Positions 57,200 to 64,000 of a DNA stretch of 64,000 bases are shown piece by piece. A program made the position numbers and the translations under genes. The stretch lies in the NCBI RefSeq assembly GCF_006345805.1, contig NC_043008.1, forward strand, positions 1,054,001-1,118,000, given 5' to 3'. This DNA comes from Octopus sinensis. Its lineage: Eukaryota. The notes beneath the pieces were generated by a model. The model searched no databases, had not been told where the DNA came from, and saw only the letters and a program-made list of their open reading frames with translations. How positions within the stretch are numbered: the stretch's first letter is position 1; each line of letters begins with the position of its first letter.

Positions 57200-59000
57200 T
57201 GAAGATCAGAGATGCTTCTTCTCATGCAGAATATGCCGAGGTTTGTAAGAGGGTTTGCAAATCAATCGCAATATTATGAACAATCCTGCATCGTCAGTCG
57301 GTATCTCAAGGTTACAAGCATTTCGTCCTTTAGCCTGTGCCCTTCAACTGAGGCTGCGAGGGTTGAACTTGTTTTACCTTGCGTAAGGTTTCTATTCGCA
57401 GTTTCTTTACGACTATAGCTTGAGCCGATTTCATCTGTCGTATCCTGTTGGGTTGCTTCAGTCGTCTTGGTACCAAATGTATCACGTGCAGGAAATAGCA
57501 CACACTGGAAAGCCACGGCAACCGACTTAAATAGTGAATGAGGCCGAGTGCCATCCCTTGGCAAGGGCCTCGTCGACCAAATCCTGATACGTGGTTGTCT
57601 TTAGCTGATCCCTCCAACCAGGGCCCTGATTTTTGTTTGTTTTTACTCCTCAATAGCAAGAATAAATCTGTTAGTAGTGAAGATGACGATATCTCCTCTG
57701 AGAAAACGATTCTGCTCGTCAGGTCCACTAGCATCACACAACCCGTGGCTGGATGCAAAATACAAGACGGCTTCGCTATCTTTGGTTCGTTCTTCCGGGT
57801 TTTGTATTCTTCTTATAGGTATCCGATACCATTTGGTGGTGGTTGCAGGTGTTTATTAACCTTCACCATTTGAAGGTGAGTTCTCTTCGTGATTTTTGCA
57901 ACGTCTTTGCTATGCCTTAATTAGTATCAGTCTTCTGCTGATGTCCAAGGGCATACAGTAAAATATGTGGTTCAAGGCTCAAAGAGACGCTCACCGCTGC
58001 TTGGAAACTAGGTGTTCTACGTTGCTCCATATTTTAAGGTTATTTAAAGTTGGCATGTGTTCAGCTACCACACGAAGGAGGAATGAAATGTTCCCCTTCC
58101 GAGTTCCTTTGAGGGCAGCGAGCGTTCGAGTGACTGTCTATACTCTATCCATTTTTCCTAGTGGCCATTCCTGCTGCCTACACAAGGTGATTCTCCTCGG
58201 GAATCGTGTTTCTGTTGCTCTGTAATTTTTCTCTTGCTCCCGGTATTAGTGTTTTCCTCCTTTTGGTGCAGTATTTACCAAGTCCTATGAGAGATTAGTC
58301 CAGTAATCTCCTAGTGTTTCCAGTGTATCACCGCAGCCTTCACAACTTCCTATGGTTTTTTCTATAGTAATTTACGGTCTTGATCTTCGCTACCACATGT
58401 CCATGAGGCGCAAGAAATTAATTCCGTCGGCCAACGCCAAGAATAACCGTTTTCAAAGGTCCTGAACAAAGAACATTCTGAGCAAGTTAAGACATTTTGT
58501 TGATCTGGGGGTGATCTGGTTCTGCTCAGATATAAAGAATTTCTGCCAGGACCAGTTGTACAATAGATAGGAAAACAAGTGGGTGTCTTACAATCTATAT
58601 CATATACCACTTATCATGAAAACCAAGCTCCACTTTATTGAGACTACCATTGTGTGTGTATCCCGTGAGTGTTCTCTAGAAAGAGTCAGAATTTCTACGA
58701 TTTCGCCAGCCCCGATTCCTAGCCCCCTATTTTCCCCGATTGCAATACTAATGTATGGAACACGGTTGAGGTAAAGACCAACCGCTCTATACAGAGGTCG
58801 AAGAGGTGGCTATGGTCAAAAAAGAATTCGAACATCTTTCTAAAGACATGGTAAGGAATGCATGAGCCAGGTTTCCGAGCCTTTTCAGACAGTGGTACAA
58901 GCCAAGGACGCTACTTTTAGTAAACTCTTATCTCCCAGCACAATCTAATCGATACTTTTTTTTAATACTTTTAATTTTGGACGAGATATTCTTTCCTTTT
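57200..59000 (-). mobile_element. Heavily decayed RLE-type non-LTR retrotransposon (RT, zinc knuckle, endonuclease)
   Basis: Higher-complexity, GC-richer block. Minus-strand fragments resemble RT (LAHAF../PYHVFRKMFEFF ~58880-58820), the CCHC region (~57985-57890) and the RLE region (VMLVDLTSRIVFSEEIS ~57740-57690), in the expected order; many stops and frameshifts. Confidence 0.5.
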
Positions 59001-59574
59001 CCTTTCATGCAAACTGTCAAATTAATCCGAACACATGTACATTTGTAGCGCGAAGCGGTTCTGATTCTCCAGCTTATTATTAATCCTCTCGCCGCGATTT
59101 TTAAAGATGTTTTTTTCCTTTTTCTGTACGTCTTGCTTTAGGTTTCTTTTTATTCTCCTCCCTTACATTCCATTCCGTTCTTGTATTCCATTCCAGCTCT
59201 TTCTACACCAATTTTCATATTCTCTTTAATCTTCTTTAATCTCGCAAACACAACACTGATAACATGCGACAATTCTTCGGCGTTCTTCACATTGTGTTTT
59301 GACGAAAAATGACGCCAATCTTTTGATGTTGAGACGAATGATTCTGCAATTTGTTTTTCCCTATTCTTCGATCTATGCATATATCGTTGTCTAAATTAAT
59401 CAAAAATGGTATTTTTTCTGATCTCTACCCAGGGTGTATTTACAATAATATATCCAAGAGCTGCTGTACGATTTTTAGCGCCGAAAACGTTATGATTCCA
59501 GATTAAACAGTGTTGTGTGTACATACATACCTACATACATACATAATACATACATACATACATACATACATACA

Positions 59575-59830
59575 TAGTTAATCCAAACAAGAAAGCACAA
59601 AAAAACACAACAACGCGAGGACGTGGAACAAATATAGTATTATTGGACGCTCAGGAAAGAAGGAATGAAGGAGGGTCTAACGTTTCGAGCGGAGCTCTTC
59701 ATCGGAAACATAGGAGAAGGAAAGATCCAGAGAAGGGAAGACAAAGGAAAAAATCGCCAACGGTACACACGCGGTCACATTTTGAAAGACCGGAAGGAAA
59801 TGGGTGAAGAGAGGTTTTTTCAAAGACAGG
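59575..59830 (-). mobile_element. Penelope-like terminal-repeat fragment
   Basis: Same layout as 6268-6500 (GAACAAA..GTATTA..GACGCTCAGGAA..ACGTTTCGAGC..GCTCTTC); follows (CATA)n. Confidence 0.7.
59675..59709 (-). ncRNA. Ultra-minimal hammerhead-like motif
   Basis: GTTT-CCGATGA-A-GAGC-TCC-GCTC-GAAA-CG-TT-AGAC: 4-bp stem I, 4-bp stem II, loopless palindromic stem III (AACGTT), GUU triplet. Confidence 0.6.
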
Positions 59831-60226
59831 AGAGTGGGAGAGGAGGAGGAATGTGTGTGTACGTGTGGATATGTGCGTGCGCGGAGGTCTGCGTGTGCGT
59901 GTGTGTGTATGTGCGTATGTGTGCAATGTGTGTATGAATAAGTGTGCATTCGTATATTCGCTGCTATTAATTCTTCGCATAACAGTTTCAGATAAATGGA
60001 AGGTCATCCATGATGAGCTCTATGTAATCATTTAAAACTTGAAGGGACTGATGCACCAGCATGGCCTCATTATGTGTACATATTAAAACAATATCTATAT
60101 TTCTTTCTTTTTTCTATCTATCTACCTGTATGTCGGTCTCACCTTCTGTCTCTCCGACTGTCCATCCATCCATCTACCCATCCATCCATCCATCCATCCA
60201 TCCATCCATCCATCCATCCATCCATC

Positions 60227-60451
60227 CGGGCTGGCAGAAACGACAGCACGCCGGGTGAAATGCGTAGCCGTATTTCGTCTGCAGCTACGTTCTGAGTTCA
60301 AATTCCGCCGAGGTCGACTTTGCCTTTCATCCTTTCGGGGTCGATAAATTAAGTACCAGTTACGCACTAGGGTCGATGTAATCGAATTAATCCCTTTGTC
60401 TGTCCTTGTTTGTCCCCTCTGTATTTAGCCCCTAGTGGGCAATAAAGAAAT
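60227..60451 (+). mobile_element. Well-preserved tRNA-derived SINE
   Basis: GCTGGCAGAAACG.CAGCACGCCGGGTGAAATGCGTAGCCGTATTTCGTC...GAGTTCAAATTCCGCCGAGGTCGACTTTGCC...AATAAAGAAAT. Confidence 0.92.
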
Positions 60452-60626
60452 ATATCTATCTATCTATCTCTCTGTCCATCCGTCCGTCTATCAGTCTGTC
60501 CTTTCACCCATCCAACCATCCATCTACCCATCCATCCATTTATCCATCCATCCATCCATCCATCCATCCATCCATCCATCTATCTATCTATCCATCCATC
60601 TATCTATCCATCCATCTATCTATCTA

Positions 60627-60661
<35 letters not shown>

Positions 60662-60662
60662 A

Positions 60663-60712
<50 letters not shown>

Positions 60713-61363
60713 ATTATCTATCTATGTATCTGTATATATATACACTCGTACATAATACATCCTGGCATAGATATACAGATTATAATATACATATGTACAG
60801 AGAGAAATGCAAATACTCTTCATATGTTCACATAGAAATAAAACTGATAAATTACAAATCTAAATATTGCGTTTCTCTTTCACAAATTAGTTGTATGATC
60901 TTTCTCACTAATGAGAATATAAATATTTTCCACACATGTTCATAAATTACTAACCTTTTATACACTCTGCATTTGTTTGTGTGGATAATTGCTCGACGCG
61001 AATTTGTCAATAAACGCAAATTACAAATTTACAAAATAATTCAATAAACCACAACATTCCCAGATTATTTCAAGATTTGGCGCATTTAATTAGGAAATTA
61101 AATGAATGTAAACATTTTTAAATGGAATTCTCATAGATAATTATAATTTAAAACGAAAAAAAAATATCGCAATATAGACTTTGTATATAATAGACACTTA
61201 ACATTTAGATTATGTTCGTATTTTGGTGATAGTAATTTATTTATGGTAAATTATTTTAAAATATATTTTATATCTCATTTCGAATGTTTATCAATAAAAT
61301 CTAATAACACGGTTTTTAGTAAATCGTATGTTAGCATAGTAATATACATACATTTATATATGC

Positions 61364-61423
<60 letters not shown>

Positions 61424-61472
61424 TATACATATTTATATATATATATATATACATACACACACACTCACACAC

Positions 61473-61507
<35 letters not shown>

Positions 61508-61858
61508 CTATATATATATATATATATACATATATATGTATATTCATATATATATATATATATGAATTTGTGTATGCGTAAATAACTGTATACAAACATG
61601 TATGAATAATTTAGTACACAGATTCTACAAATATGGTAAGATGTTCGTTTACATGAGAAGTTATGAATCCTAATTCAAATTTAAAGAGAATTTAAAATGC
61701 ATGGAAACGTTGTCACTCTCATACAGACGCATTTACGCGCGCAGACACACAGACACAGTCAAATCATACGCATAATTGCCCCCAGGGTCACATACATACA
61801 CGCACACACATATACATACATACACACACAAACACATACACACACACACGCACGCACA

Positions 61859-61943
<85 letters not shown>

Positions 61944-62505
61944 CTACACCTCAACACTACACATATTATCTATAACGGCATAAGCGTTATGTTGCAGAAG
62001 TTTAGCTCTTCTAAGAAGAAATGTAGGCGTAAAGGGTTCTTTGACATTATATGTTTTACCATTGTATGTCTATGAGAAGGAATGGATGTTTAATATAACT
62101 TCAGCAGCACTTGCTTCGTGATTCAAACTTGGAAAAGTTCCGTGTCAAATTTATTGGGGTGCTGCACCTGAGATTTATGCAACCTGCCTTCATCGCACCA
62201 CCTCGTACAGATTCTCTTTCGAGGGAATCGTTACGATGCTGGAGCTAGTGAAATATTTAAGCATTTATGTATAATTATGCATAATGCAAAGATTGGAAGA
62301 ATTGAAAGTTGCAAATATCTCTACAGAACCCCACTGAGATGGCATTCACACACAAACACACACACACGCACCCAGATAGGGCAGCACACATGCATACACA
62401 CGTATGCCTATCTACACACACAAACATTTATATACATACAAATGTGAACGGTATATATATACATATATACGAATCTCTCTCTCTTCTCTCTCTCTCTCTC
62501 TCTCT

Positions 62506-62552
<47 letters not shown>

Positions 62553-62559
62553 CAAATTT

Positions 62560-62665
62560 ACAGTAAACAAAAGACGAGGAAGGTGAAGGAACAACTAGCA
62601 GGTGTATTATTTTGACGCAAGGGAAATCGGAAATGTCTTTCATGTTTTGAGCCTACGCTCTTCAT
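62560..62665 (-). mobile_element. Truncated Penelope-like terminal fragment
   Basis: AAACAAAAGACGA..GTCTTTCATGTTTTGAGCCTACGCTCTTC, homologous to 6285-6387; cut off by (TA)n inside the ribozyme core. Confidence 0.6.
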
Positions 62666-64000
62666 ATACATATATATATATATATATATATAATATATAT
62701 ATATATAATATATATATATGTATATTTGAATACGTGTATCTATCTATAAATATATACATGTTTACCTACTACATGGTGCATGCAAACACACAGACACACG
62801 CACACACCTATACACAAATGCATAAAAGCTGGATATATCTGTATTTTCACCTTGTATATTCTGTCGATGTGAATTGGCGAATGAAGTAACCATTGTTGAA
62901 GCAGGAAAAACTTGTCGCACTCCCTTCAAATCGTGTATGATAAGTGTCCTCCCCGCCATTATGATAAGAGTCCTACCCCATGTATGTGATTGCATCCCAT
63001 GATATCAATGTAATTAAGCTGATTAGACCTCTGTAAACCAGTGACAATGCTATTAGTTCAGAAACAGTAACAGCATCATAAATATCTTGTTCTATGTCGC
63101 TCTCTATTTTTCTATTTTTCTCCACACAATCTCATTCTTTCTGTACGTCATTCGCTGCCTTGTAATTATGCGTGTGAACATGTGTAGTTCAGTGAGCCTA
63201 CAATTAAAATTACGTGAAAAATTTGTTTTGAAATCGTTCCTAAGTACTGATAATACTTCAATAACATTTACTTATTATTCTACGCCGCTGTCTTTTATTC
63301 ACAGATGTAAAGAACAAAGCCTGTACGCATCATAAATAATTGCCTCGAATACCGATGTTAAATATCGCCCACTAGACACATATACAAGGTTGGGTTTATA
63401 TTTAGATTGTTAGGCCAAAGAAGTTCATTCTCTGTCATATTTTCATCTTTTCATCACAAATATGAAGCAATAAATTTAATTCCTATGATAATGTACGCTC
63501 GCTTTCCATTATTTCGGCTTCTTCTCTCCTATTTTTTTCTACCTTCTTTTGATTTTTCCTACGTTATTTCCCTCTCTCTATATGATTCGCTTTCTACGGC
63601 TTTCTTACTCTCTGTCTCCCTTTCTGTACCCTCTCTCTCTGAGTATCACTATCTCGCTATATCTATCATGTGCTTTCTTCCTCTCTATCTTTGTTCTTGG
63701 TTTCTCTGAAACCCAGCTCTCTCTCTCTCTCTTTCATTTCCACTTTCACTTCCACTTTCACTCTCTCTTTGGTCTTCTCTTCTTCCTTTCTTTTATTGCT
63801 TCCCTTCTCTTCTTTGAAGCAAGCACGAATCTCGCCGCAACATCGACGGAAATATAAACTCGGACGCTGCTTATCAGAGTTGACTTGACATAATGAAGAA
63901 CCGTTTATGACAGGGGATCAACTTGGCAATTTATTCTCGAAATAGAGATAAATGTCAATGTTTAATTACTTTGTTAGACACACACACACAAAATAGAACA

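Noticed and set aside
57538-57873. 111-aa plus-strand ORF
   Set aside because: Antisense to the probable LINE remnant; no support as a gene.

Overview
Very AT-rich, microsatellite-saturated eukaryotic non-coding DNA. The tRNA-derived SINE families, (TA)n/(ATCT)n/(TAA)n density and Penelope-like fragments match what I recognise from Octopus (cephalopod) genomes; the taxon is an inference. No intact host protein-coding gene is supported, and nearly all ORFs in the track are translations of simple repeats. Recognisable content: many SINE copies, two mariner transposase remnants, a hAT MITE, a Helentron/DINE-like element, RLE-type (R4/Dong-like) and RTE-like LINE remnants, and Penelope-like terminal-repeat fragments. 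The most interesting signal is a ~476-bp tandem array (4269-5585). Each unit carries an identical 48-nt minimal type I hammerhead ribozyme fold, i.e. a retrozyme/Penelope-pLTR-like unit that could release ~475-nt RNA monomers. Several more, sequence-distinct hammerhead-like motifs are dispersed through the window. Also notable are a ~300-bp near-perfect nested palindrome (36517-36815) and a small inversion flanked by two inverted duplications with microhomology junctions (15490-17002). All folds and alignments were done by eye.
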